DNA from: an uncultured Mycoplasmatota bacterium
GTDB lineage: Bacteria; Bacillota_I; Bacilli_A; RF39; UBA660
Direction of reading: 5' to 3'
Length of the DNA stretch: 61,381 bases
Assembly (NCBI GenBank): GCA_947569245.1
Contig: CANORV010000001.1
Location: 1 to 61,381, forward strand
A program made the translations under genes and the position numbers. Under the pieces are notes generated by a model that saw only the letters and a list, made by a program, of their open reading frames with translations, did no database searches and had not been told where the DNA came from. Positions 25,594-35,238 of this stretch are shown in pieces; the first letter of the stretch is position 1, and every line of letters starts with the position of its first letter.

Positions 25594-27450
25594 ATGGTGT
25601 TAACATCAGAAATTTATTTAACCAAAAAATTTGTTTCAAAGAATGAATGGTTAGAATTAATTAAAACAATATCAAATTATAATGGAATTTTAAAAAAATG
25701 GAAAATAATTATTACTAATGATAAAAATCAAATAAGATACTTTATTAAAACTAGATGTACCCTACCAGCTACTATCAATAATTTAAATTCTTTTTTATTA
25801 AAACCTTATAAAGAAATAACTAGCAAAAAATCAAACTATACATTACTCACATTACCAAAATTTGACAGTAATATAATTGATTTAATAAATTATAGTGAAA
25901 TTAAAAATAAAGGTACTCTTGAGTATTTAGAAATTAATTTTTTAAAATTATATGATGATAAAATTAAATCCAATATAACTTATTACTTGAATAAAAATGG
26001 AATAATCAAAAAATATAAAGTAATATTTGCTATTCCAACAAACATATTATCAATAGATTTTGAAGGAAATAAAAGATACTTTTATAAAAGTCCTCCAAAG
26101 TATTTAGAAATTAATAAAATATTAAATTTATTAAGTAGTGATAAAAATAATGCTTTAGTATCTATTGATACATTTCCATATTTACAAGGAAATTTCTATT
26201 TAAATCAAAATAATTTCAGTTTTGATAAACACTCTATCATATTTGGTTCTTCTGGCTCAGGTAAATCTAAATTAATAAGCCTATTAATAAAAAATATTAA
26301 TAAAAATGAAAATTTATATCAAAAATATAAAGTCGTAGTTATTGATCCTCATGCAGCACTTGAAAATGATATTGGTGGTCTAGGAAAAGTTATCGATTTT
26401 AAAAACAGTTTAGACAGCATAGACTTATTTATTAATAATAATAACGACATTGTAGCATCCACTGAACTTTTATTAGATTTATTAAAATCTCTAATTTTAG
26501 ACCAATATAATTCAAAGTTAGAAAGAGTTTTAAGACACTGCATACATTTATTACTGACTGATGAAGCATTTAATTTTAGAAACCTAAGAAAACTTATTTT
26601 AGATTTAGAATATAGGAATACTTTAATTAAAAAATTAAAATATAATTTACCAATTAACGTAATCGATTTCTTTCTATCTGATTTTAATGATTTAAAAACT
26701 AAATCTTATGGTGAAGCTATATCCCCTATTATAAGTTTTATAGACGAAATGGAAATGATTCCCGTATTTAATTCCGAAGAAAATTTAGAAAGTCTAAAAA
26801 ATACAATTGACGATAATTTCTTAACTTTATTCTCACTAGATAGAATAAAATTAGGAGATAAAGTTACTAAAACTATAGCAGGATTAATAATGCAACAATT
26901 ATTAACTATAGCACAAAGTAGAAAAATAAATAAACACATTATATTTATAATAGATGAAGTTGCTGTTGTCGAAAATCCTATTTTATCTAGATATTTATCA
27001 GAAGCAAGAAAATATAATTTATCTTTAATACTAATAGGACAATATTTTAATCAAATATCAACCGAATTAAAAAACTCTATCTTTGCTAATGTTATCAATT
27101 ACTTTATATTCAGAGTATCAAAATTAGATGCCAGTTTATTAGTTGATAATTTTAATATGAAAATACCTTTAGATGACTCTAGAGATAGAAAAATCAAACT
27201 ATTGACTGAATTAAACAACAGAGAGTGCATTATAAGAATAGATTCAAATAAAATATTATTACCAGCATTTAAAGCAACTACATTAGATTACACAAGTATT
27301 CCTAGAATTAAGAAAACAACCATAGATTATGATAATAGCAAAAATAGTAAAAATACATCAAGTAAATCAAAAACTGATTTTAGCTTAAATAATGATATAA
27401 GTTTAAAAGATATTTTAATATCAAATTCAACAAACAAGAAAGGTGTGTAA
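25594..27450 (+). CDS. HerA/DUF87-like P-loop ATPase (FtsK-HerA superfamily)
   Basis: Walker A 'GSSGSGKS' followed by 'VVVIDPHAALEN'. Walker B 'IIFIIDEVA'. 'EARKYNLSLILIGQ'. A ~220-aa N-terminal domain is unassigned. Start at MVLTSEI (GGGTGA RBS). Confidence 0.65.
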   Translation: MVLTSEIYLTKKFVSKNEWLELIKTISNYNGILKKWKIIITNDKNQIRYFIKTRCTLPATINNLNSFLLKPYKEITSKKSNYTLLTLPKFDSNIIDLINYSEIKNKGTLEYLEINFLKLYDDKIKSNITYYLNKNGIIKKYKVIFAIPTNILSIDFEGNKRYFYKSPPKYLEINKILNLLSSDKNNALVSIDTFPYLQGNFYLNQNNFSFDKHSIIFGSSGSGKSKLISLLIKNINKNENLYQKYKVVVIDPHAALENDIGGLGKVIDFKNSLDSIDLFINNNNDIVASTELLLDLLKSLILDQYNSKLERVLRHCIHLLLTDEAFNFRNLRKLILDLEYRNTLIKKLKYNLPINVIDFFLSDFNDLKTKSYGEAISPIISFIDEMEMIPVFNSEENLESLKNTIDDNFLTLFSLDRIKLGDKVTKTIAGLIMQQLLTIAQSRKINKHIIFIIDEVAVVENPILSRYLSEARKYNLSLILIGQYFNQISTELKNSIFANVINYFIFRVSKLDASLLVDNFNMKIPLDDSRDRKIKLLTELNNRECIIRIDSNKILLPAFKATTLDYTSIPRIKKTTIDYDNSKNSKNTSSKSKTDFSLNNDISLKDILISNSTNKKGV

Positions 27451-27453
27451 AAA

Positions 27454-28152
27454 ATGAATGATAAAAAAGTACTAGAAATTATTAATAAGATATTTAAAAA
27501 TATATTTAATAAAGAGAATAATTATTCCTTAGATACATTATTAGAAAAATTTGCTTTTGATATTAAACTACCAAAACAAGTTAATGATTCAACTACAAAT
27601 GAAATAACTTGGGCTGATGCTATCAATAGTGGTAGATTTATTACAAATAAAAATATGGAAAAAAAAGATGAAACTGAAGGTTGGATGCTACCAAAAAAAG
27701 AAATTAATAATCTTCAAGAATTAATTGATATCTGGAATACAATTAATTTAACTACAACTGAAAGAGTATACGATTCAATTAATGTTTCCAAAAGTGATAC
27801 TATTTATAGATGTGAAAATATATATAGAAGTACTGGTTGTAGTGATTCCAAAAACTTAATTTATTGTGACTCTTGTACAAATAGTGAATTCTTACTTGCA
27901 TCACAAAGATCAACAACTTGTAATTTTAGCATAAGATGTGATGATTCTAAAGATTGTAGTAACAATTATAATGTCATATGTTCAAATAAAATAAGTAATT
28001 CCCTATTTATTCAAGACTGTTTTGACTTATATGAATGTATGTTTTGTTCTCATATAGCATCAAAAAGATTTTGTATAGTAAATATGCAATTTGAAGAACA
28101 AGAGTATTATGAAATAAAAAAACTAATTATAGAATGGATATTAAACTCTTAA
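27454..28152 (+). CDS. Cys-rich repeat protein of unknown function
   Basis: 232 aa. Twelve Cys lie in the last ~95 residues in short periodic units (STGCSDS, IYCDSC, TTCNFS, IRCDDS, KDCSNN, VICSNK), and none in the first ~117. Starts 3 nt after the ATPase stop. Confidence 0.55.
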   Translation: MNDKKVLEIINKIFKNIFNKENNYSLDTLLEKFAFDIKLPKQVNDSTTNEITWADAINSGRFITNKNMEKKDETEGWMLPKKEINNLQELIDIWNTINLTTTERVYDSINVSKSDTIYRCENIYRSTGCSDSKNLIYCDSCTNSEFLLASQRSTTCNFSIRCDDSKDCSNNYNVICSNKISNSLFIQDCFDLYECMFCSHIASKRFCIVNMQFEEQEYYEIKKLIIEWILNS

Positions 28153-28328
28153 AAAGACCGATACTTTATAAAAATCTATACTATAATTAACAAAATACAT
28201 TTGATAAAAACATTATTGTATGCTATTTCTAAATATATTAAAAAAACATTAATCATAAAAAATTAAAATTATACGAAAGACAATTAATACAACTAATAAA
28301 ACTACCCTTATAAAAAGGAAAACTAATT

Positions 28329-29207
28329 ATGAATAATCATGAAAAAAATAATTTACTTAATTCAATCTATTTATCAATAATTACAGCATCTGATTTAACA
28401 CAATATCTTATTAAAATTAAAAACATCATTTACTTACTTGAAGAAAATCAAAAAACAATTCAAGAAATTGAAAAACTATATCAGGAATTTTTAGATAATT
28501 ATTATAATCTAAACAATATTTTTAACTTTAACAATCAGATACAAATATATACCCTATACAAAAAATTATTACTTGATGGATATTTATCAAAAGATAAAAC
28601 TTTTAACTTCAGAAATGATCTTCAAAATGAAACAACAAAAAAGTTATATGGTACAAAAATTTTTACTGGATATGCTTGCTGTAGACATATCTCAGCAATG
28701 CTTTGTGATATTTTAAATAATCTTAATATTCCCTCATGCACTGTACATGTATACTTTCCTGATTCAACGGATGACTATCTAATAAAAGATGAAAAAACTC
28801 TAATTAACTATCAAAATCAAAAAACTTTTTTAGAACTACTAAAAAAAATAATAGGAAATCATGCCATAACATACAGTTATCAAAACGAAAAAAATTACTT
28901 TTTAGATGCATCTTGTAACGATATATATGAGTTAAATAAATCTAAAAAAAATATTTTAACAAGTATAGACAATAAAAATAATACACCAATTTTCATCAAA
29001 AAAACTACTGAAGGCTATAACTTTCCCATAAAAAAAATAACCAAAAAGAATAATATTAGTTACGATGAAGTACAACTATTTGCTAATGAAGTAAAAAATA
29101 TATACCATAACAATATAGATATTTTTGAACATTTTTATAACGAAAACCAAGAAATATACAAAAACATCTATTCCAAAACACTAAACTTCTATCGTTTTAT
29201 AAAATAA
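28329..29207 (+). CDS. hypothetical protein with transglutaminase/papain-like Cys-His-Asp pattern
   Basis: 'TGYACCRHISAMLCDILNNLNIPSCTVHVY' then 'GNHAITYSY..NYFLDAS'. Order and spacing match the transglutaminase-like core. Confidence 0.45.
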   Translation: MNNHEKNNLLNSIYLSIITASDLTQYLIKIKNIIYLLEENQKTIQEIEKLYQEFLDNYYNLNNIFNFNNQIQIYTLYKKLLLDGYLSKDKTFNFRNDLQNETTKKLYGTKIFTGYACCRHISAMLCDILNNLNIPSCTVHVYFPDSTDDYLIKDEKTLINYQNQKTFLELLKKIIGNHAITYSYQNEKNYFLDASCNDIYELNKSKKNILTSIDNKNNTPIFIKKTTEGYNFPIKKITKKNNISYDEVQLFANEVKNIYHNNIDIFEHFYNENQEIYKNIYSKTLNFYRFIK

Positions 29208-29272
29208 TTATAGCATATTTTTCTTGCCAAAACTCGAACAATAGTATAAACTGTTATTTGAGGTGTTTTATA

Positions 29273-30826
29273 ATGCAATTAAAATTTTCAGATGATTTTA
29301 ACTATATTATTGAAGATTTCAAAATTTGGAAAAGTGAAAAAAACATACCAATAAATATAAAAAAATATATAAAAGAAACATCTGATACAATCACCATTTA
29401 TGCAAAAGATACTAATAATCTTTATTGTGCAAAATGCCTAAAACAACTAGACCAAAATAACTACTGTAAAACTTGCAACATTTCACATAATAATATTATA
29501 AATAATATAAAAAATATTGATATAGAAGATGTAGATGAATTTCACAAAGATTTAAAAATCGTTGACACAATCAAAGATTGCTATGGCAGCTATTGTACTT
29601 ACTCTTGCTACTACTATGTCTTTGACAAAATTGATGAAAATATCTTCCTATATCTTTTAAAAGAAAATATTACTTATAATAACCCATTTAAAATAGGAAG
29701 TTATAAACAATCAAATATCAATATTAATAATGCCTATCTAATACAAAAAGACAAAATACTAGACATTTTCACAAATAAATATTATAAATTCGAAACTATG
29801 AACTATAATGATGAACTCGAAAATAACGATAATATAGACGAAAAAAAGTTTAATGAATATATAGATACCCTTGATTTTTTATACCCTGAAATTAATGCAT
29901 TCTTATATATAGATAACCTTTATATTCTAAAAGATTCTATATATAAATATACTACCTTCATAGAAAATGCTTCTTATTTAACAAACAAAAATAAAATATC
30001 CTTAGCCCAACTTACTTATTTACCAATATACTGTAAAGCATTTGAATATCTATCAAAACTAAAATTGTATAATCTAGCATTTAATAATGCCGACGTTTTC
30101 AAAAGTGGAAAAAACTTTAAAGAAATCTTTAAAATTGAAAAAAGTCACCTACCATTCATGAGAAATAATGACATATCATACAATACTCTAGTAGCCTTAC
30201 AACTTTGTCAAACAGAAGACAAAAACCTATTAAATTTTTTAGAAAGTCAAATATTAATAGCAACTGACATAATAAAAGATTTTAAGATAGATGCTAAAAA
30301 ATTAAAAAACTATTTTGATAAATTAAACCTAGATGAAACCTATCTAAACGAGTACCATGATTATTTAAAAATGGCCAAAGATTTAGGACTAGATTTAAAA
30401 GATAAAACAATACTTTACCCTAAAAACTTACTACTAGAACATGATAAACTATACCTACAAATAGAAACTAATAAAGACCCTAACATGGATCAAAAAATTA
30501 GAAATTTAGCTAATATTTCAGCACTAAATTACTATGAAGACGAAAATTATATTATTTTTCCTGCTAACTCCATCAGCTGTTTAATTGATGAAAGCAATCA
30601 ACAACATAACTGTGTTCGTACTTACTGTAAAAAACTTGCTAGTAACAACTGTCAAATATACTTTCTAAGAAAAAAAAGTGATAAAAACAAATCACTTGTT
30701 ACAATAGAAGTAAAAAATAATCAAGTAATTCAAGCCAGAGAAAAATTTAATAAAAATATATCTGACGAATATAAAAAAATAATTGATAAATGGAAAAAAG
30801 ACTTACTTCCAATTATAAACAACTAA
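29273..30826 (+). CDS. PcfJ-like protein with N-terminal zinc-ribbon
   Basis: 'CAKCLKQLDQNNYCKTCN' is a CxxC..CxxC ribbon. The C-terminal 'ESNQQHNCVRTYCKKLASNNCQIYFLRKK...VTIEVKNNQVIQAREKFNKN' resembles the PcfJ domain as I recall it. Start at MQLKFSD (GAGGTG RBS). Confidence 0.5.
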   Translation: MQLKFSDDFNYIIEDFKIWKSEKNIPINIKKYIKETSDTITIYAKDTNNLYCAKCLKQLDQNNYCKTCNISHNNIINNIKNIDIEDVDEFHKDLKIVDTIKDCYGSYCTYSCYYYVFDKIDENIFLYLLKENITYNNPFKIGSYKQSNININNAYLIQKDKILDIFTNKYYKFETMNYNDELENNDNIDEKKFNEYIDTLDFLYPEINAFLYIDNLYILKDSIYKYTTFIENASYLTNKNKISLAQLTYLPIYCKAFEYLSKLKLYNLAFNNADVFKSGKNFKEIFKIEKSHLPFMRNNDISYNTLVALQLCQTEDKNLLNFLESQILIATDIIKDFKIDAKKLKNYFDKLNLDETYLNEYHDYLKMAKDLGLDLKDKTILYPKNLLLEHDKLYLQIETNKDPNMDQKIRNLANISALNYYEDENYIIFPANSISCLIDESNQQHNCVRTYCKKLASNNCQIYFLRKKSDKNKSLVTIEVKNNQVIQAREKFNKNISDEYKKIIDKWKKDLLPIINN

Positions 30827-30862
30827 AAACAACTATACTGTCAATAACCAGAAAGGAAAAAA

Positions 30863-31387
30863 ATGAAAAACAAAGATATCCTAAACAAATCCATAATTCT
30901 AATTGGTCCAATGTGTGTTGGAAAAACAACAATGGCAAAATTACTAAGAAAAAAACTAAACATGAATAATATCTCACTAGATAATAAAGAACAACTAAAA
31001 TATTTATATCAAAATACTAACAACTTCAAAAATCAAGAACAATTTAATTTATATTTAGTAAAAACAATAATATCCAATTTAAAATCACCAACTATCATTG
31101 ACTTTGGAGCAAACCATTCCATATACGATGATATAAACGACTTTAAAAAAATAAAAAACATCTTAAAAGATTTTAAAAACATCATTCTCCTAATTCCAAG
31201 TTCTAATACTCTAGAATCAATAGAAATTCTAGCCAAAAGAAAAAAAGAACTATTAAGTACAAAGCCATATAACCAAAAACCAATTACTAGTCCGTGTAAC
31301 TATACTCTTGCAACAATCACAATCTATACTAAAAATAAAACCGAAGAACAAACCCTCAAAGAAATATTAAAACATCTTAATCAATAA
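30863..31387 (+). CDS. P-loop kinase-like protein (shikimate/gluconate kinase-like fold)
   Basis: Walker A 'LIGPMCVGKTT' at the N-terminus, 174 aa. Substrate unknown. Confidence 0.5.
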   Translation: MKNKDILNKSIILIGPMCVGKTTMAKLLRKKLNMNNISLDNKEQLKYLYQNTNNFKNQEQFNLYLVKTIISNLKSPTIIDFGANHSIYDDINDFKKIKNILKDFKNIILLIPSSNTLESIEILAKRKKELLSTKPYNQKPITSPCNYTLATITIYTKNKTEEQTLKEILKHLNQ

Positions 31388-31421
31388 AAAAAGAAAGAAC
31401 ACCGCTCTTTTTTATTCACTA

Positions 31422-32165
31422 CTAACTTCTTGCTGCTCCATCAACTGATAATATAGCACCAGTTATATAACTAGCCATATCACTTGCTAAAAACAAAAAA
31501 GCATTAGCAATATCACGAGCTTCTCCTACCCTTCCAAGTGGTATTGTTTTAATAAGCGGTTCTATCACTTCTTTTGGAAGATTTTTAACCATATCTGTAT
31601 TAATAACCCCAGGTGCAACAGCATTAACTCTAATATTAAAAGGTGCTAATTCCCTTGCAAGAGACTTCGTAAACCCATTAACAGCTGCCTTACTAGTAGG
31701 ATAACCTATTCCTGATGGTTGACCATAAATACTTACCATTGATGAAGTATTCAAAATAACTCCCCCACCACTTTTTTTCATAAAAGAAACTACAGACTTT
31801 GTAACATTAAAAATAGCATTTACATTCAACTCCATTATACTAGAAAAATCAACTGCTGTAGTATCCTCTATCTTCTTATTAGCACTAATTCCTGCATTAT
31901 TTATTAAAACATCAATATGACCATATTCATCAACTATCTTTGTAATTACCCTATTTACATCATCATAATTATTTAAATCAGGAAAATATCCATCAACCTT
32001 AATACCATCAGCAAAAAGACTATTAACTGCTTTTGAAACACTTTCCTCTTTAGAACCAAACAAAATAACACTTGCACCACTTTTCTTAAAAGTTTTAACA
32101 ACCTCTAAACCAATTCCTCTTGTACCACCAGTAACAACTACTACTTTTCCATCCAAACTAATCAT
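31422..32165 (-). CDS. SDR-family oxidoreductase (FabG-like 3-oxoacyl reductase)
   Basis: 'VTGGTRGIGLE', 'NNAG', and 'YPTSKAA' (YxxxK). Start moved to MISLDGK (GGAGG RBS). Confidence 0.85.
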   Translation of the reverse strand: MISLDGKVVVVTGGTRGIGLEVVKTFKKSGASVILFGSKEESVSKAVNSLFADGIKVDGYFPDLNNYDDVNRVITKIVDEYGHIDVLINNAGISANKKIEDTTAVDFSSIMELNVNAIFNVTKSVVSFMKKSGGGVILNTSSMVSIYGQPSGIGYPTSKAAVNGFTKSLARELAPFNIRVNAVAPGVINTDMVKNLPKEVIEPLIKTIPLGRVGEARDIANAFLFLASDMASYITGAILSVDGAARS

Positions 32166-32190
32166 AAAATTATACCTCCATCTAAATAAA

Positions 32191-32562
32191 TTATTGATAT
32201 CTTTCAAGTACTTTTTCCAAAGAATCATCATCAGAAACTACCAAATAAAATTTAACCTCATCGACAAAATCTTTAAAAAATTTATCATCATCTAATTCCT
32301 TAACTTTATAATATAAATTGCAAATATTTAACCTATCATTTAAAACATAAATTGCTTCCATCAAATAATAAACACTTTTTATCTTTATAAAATAATCAAT
32401 TATCTTCGTAAAACAATAATCATAATTACCAAAAGCTAACAATATCCTCCATAACTTTTCACTATCCAAAGAATCAATATAAAAATCTATCAACCTATCT
32501 AAATCAGCAGATGATGAAATAACTTCACCATTAAAACAATCAGTTAACCTATTACTTTTCAT
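32191..32562 (-). CDS. hypothetical protein (123 aa)
   Basis: ORF overlapping the yqeK-like gene's 3' end by 11 nt. No motifs recognised. Confidence 0.5.
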   Translation of the reverse strand: MKSNRLTDCFNGEVISSSADLDRLIDFYIDSLDSEKLWRILLAFGNYDYCFTKIIDYFIKIKSVYYLMEAIYVLNDRLNICNLYYKVKELDDDKFFKDFVDEVKFYLVVSDDDSLEKVLERYQ

Positions 32563-33127
32563 AACGACTAACCTTACTACAATAATAATTATAACACTTT
32601 ATCCCATCTATTGAAATAACCCTATTAAAATCAACCAAGTTTTTAATAACCCATTTATTTAACTCAACTATTCCTCTATCAATATCATCCTTTATAATAT
32701 CAACATAATAACTAGTACAATACTTTCTTCCTTTCTCCGTTTTATCTGCTAAATAAATAACTTTCTCAAGCAAACTCATATTCTCTCTTCCTGTTGTATG
32801 ATATCTAACAGCATTAACCATATCATCCGAAAAACCATACTTATCCTTACAAATCAAACTTCCTATTTTAGCATGTAAAAGATCACTATTTATTACCTCA
32901 TCATCACTTAACACCACATTATACTTCTTTAAATAAAAATCAAGCTCACTTCTATCTAACTCTTTAGCAATATCATGACAAATTGCAACAATCATCACAA
33001 TCTCCTCATTAACATTATAAACTCTTGCATATTCTAAAGCCCTTTCAACAACACCAATTGAATGCAAAAATCTATCCTTAGAAAGAATTTTCTTTAAATC
33101 TAAATAAACTGTTTCATAATCAACCAT
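32552..33127 (-). CDS. yqeK: HD-domain bis(5'-nucleosyl)-tetraphosphatase, YqeK family
   Basis: 'RFLHSIGV', 'AICHDIAKE', 'LLHAKIG' and 'RYHTTGRENMSLLEKVIYLADKTEKGR' match the YqeK HD pattern. Confidence 0.8.
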   Translation of the reverse strand: MVDYETVYLDLKKILSKDRFLHSIGVVERALEYARVYNVNEEIVMIVAICHDIAKELDRSELDFYLKKYNVVLSDDEVINSDLLHAKIGSLICKDKYGFSDDMVNAVRYHTTGRENMSLLEKVIYLADKTEKGRKYCTSYYVDIIKDDIDRGIVELNKWVIKNLVDFNRVISIDGIKCYNYYCSKVSRYEK

Positions 33128-33160
33128 TTATCTTCACCTCACATAAAAAGACAATAACTA

Positions 33161-33625
33161 CTAGACATCACGTTCTATTATTTCACAACTTAACAACCTT
33201 TTTAATATTTTTCTTCTTCTTTTTTCCTCTAAATCAGTAAACATAAAAAGCTCCATCATCTCCCAAATCAATACCCAACCACCAATTAATAACAACTCTT
33301 TAAATACTAAATTACTATCGACAATTGTCGAAACAAATATAATAATTATCCCGAGTAACAAATAAATAATCTGCATTACATTATTATAATGATTCTTTCT
33401 CAAACTATAATTATATTCATCCCTAATTGTATTTTTTAACAATTCAATATAATTAACATCCTCATTTAAACTATCATTAAAAATAATTTTAATACTATCT
33501 TTCTTATCAAAAAACATAACAGTACGAACAATATAATCAATTAAATCCCTAGATACATTCTTCTTATTATACTTTTCATATAAATCACTTTTCAAAAACA
33601 AATCTATCTCTATTATCCTTTGCAT
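33161..33625 (-). CDS. small membrane protein, unknown function
   Basis: Two C-terminal TM helices. Start moved to MQRIIEI (GGAGG RBS). Confidence 0.55.
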   Translation of the reverse strand: MQRIIEIDLFLKSDLYEKYNKKNVSRDLIDYIVRTVMFFDKKDSIKIIFNDSLNEDVNYIELLKNTIRDEYNYSLRKNHYNNVMQIIYLLLGIIIIFVSTIVDSNLVFKELLLIGGWVLIWEMMELFMFTDLEEKRRRKILKRLLSCEIIERDV

Positions 33626-33790
33626 AATTCCTCCAAATATTAAACAAACTATATCAATTCTAATTATAATATTATAATAACTAATAAACAACTATTTTCT
33701 AAAAATATAAACAAACAACCTTTAAAACAAAAAAACTATTAGCAAAGAACATTCTTCACTAATAGTTTTAAAACAAAATACTTACCTATC

Positions 33791-35236
33791 CTATAAAAGA
33801 ACCATCAATACTGTAAGAATCAAAATATTAACAAGTGCTATTGTTAATACCACTTTACCAGCCCATTTTACCCAAGTAGCATATTGTACTTTAGCAAGAG
33901 CAAGTCCTCCCATAATAGCTCCACATGTTGGAGTAATCAAATTTACTAATCCATTAGCAGCAACCATTGTCATAACAGAAACTTCTGGATTATAACCAAC
34001 TTGACTAGTAATTGGTCCGATAATTGGTGCAGATAATGATACAAGTGCAGAACTAGATGGAACAAGAATTGATAAAACAACATGTAAAATATAATTAAGT
34101 GGTGCAAAAACATAAGAAGGCACAACCTTTAATAACTCTGCTGCATTATAAATAATATAATTATCTAAATAAGTACTACTCATCAAAACTGATGCACCAC
34201 GAGCAATTGCTATAATCAAAATAACTCCAACCATATCATCTGCTCCATCAATAAAAGTATCAACAAATTGCTTTTCACCAGTTCTATTAACAAGTCCAAT
34301 AACAACAGACATAACCAAAAACCAAACAGATGCTTCATAAAAATACCATGAACCAAGTGGACTACCAGTTAACCAACCAGTAAATTTATCAAAAATATTT
34401 ACCCCAAAATCACCCCAAGGAATAAATCCTACTATCATTACAACAAAAGTCAAAGCAAATAGCCATAAAGTAATAACCTGCTTCTTATTAAGACGAACAT
34501 CTGCTTCCTTCTTTACTGCTTCTACTCCATACTCCATCTCCATATCTTTTCTTTCCCTAAGAGACAAAATAGTAGAACCCTTTTTCTTAATAACCTTTTT
34601 TGCATAATTCATGACAAATATTATTGAAATTAATAAAGATGAAATCCAAAGAAGTGTTCCAATTGCAATAATTATTCCCTGATTAACTTTCATTCCATCA
34701 GGTAATGCAGAAATTGCTGCTCCTACTGCAAAAGGATTTATCGTAGAACCTAAAACCCCAGAACCAGCTCCAAGTAAGACAATGGCACTAGAAACAATCG
34801 TATCCATACCAGCCATAACCATAGCTGCTGCTAAAATAGCATAAAATCCAACAGTCTCTTCTAGCATTCCATAAGTTGTCCCACCAATTGAGAAAATAAA
34901 CATCAAAATAGGAATCAAAGCAAGCTCATTACCCTTAAGAGCCTTTACAAGTGACTGAATTCCTGTCTCCAGTGCCTTTGTTTTAGAAACTACTGCCAAA
35001 AAACCTCCTAAAATAAGAACGAAAATACAAACATCAATTGCATCCTCAAATCCCTTTAACGGTGCCATTAAAATATCTGGAAGCGTTGCCCTAACAACAC
35101 CTGTACCATTCTTAATAACATCAGATACAAATTGTGCCTGTGGTAACACATAAGTTAAAGCCCCTAACATAAAAATTAATAAAAATATAATCGAAAAAGA
35201 AGTTAAAAACTCTTTTCTCTTTTTGCCCTTTGCCAT
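33791..35236 (-). CDS. YfcC/DcuC-type carrier, putative arginine/ornithine exchanger
   Basis: Polytopic 481-aa membrane protein. It is the last gene of the arc operon, 2 nt after arcC. The family call rests on overall pattern and context. Confidence 0.65.
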   Translation of the reverse strand: MAKGKKRKEFLTSFSIIFLLIFMLGALTYVLPQAQFVSDVIKNGTGVVRATLPDILMAPLKGFEDAIDVCIFVLILGGFLAVVSKTKALETGIQSLVKALKGNELALIPILMFIFSIGGTTYGMLEETVGFYAILAAAMVMAGMDTIVSSAIVLLGAGSGVLGSTINPFAVGAAISALPDGMKVNQGIIIAIGTLLWISSLLISIIFVMNYAKKVIKKKGSTILSLRERKDMEMEYGVEAVKKEADVRLNKKQVITLWLFALTFVVMIVGFIPWGDFGVNIFDKFTGWLTGSPLGSWYFYEASVWFLVMSVVIGLVNRTGEKQFVDTFIDGADDMVGVILIIAIARGASVLMSSTYLDNYIIYNAAELLKVVPSYVFAPLNYILHVVLSILVPSSSALVSLSAPIIGPITSQVGYNPEVSVMTMVAANGLVNLITPTCGAIMGGLALAKVQYATWVKWAGKVVLTIALVNILILTVLMVLL

Positions 35237-35238
35237 TA

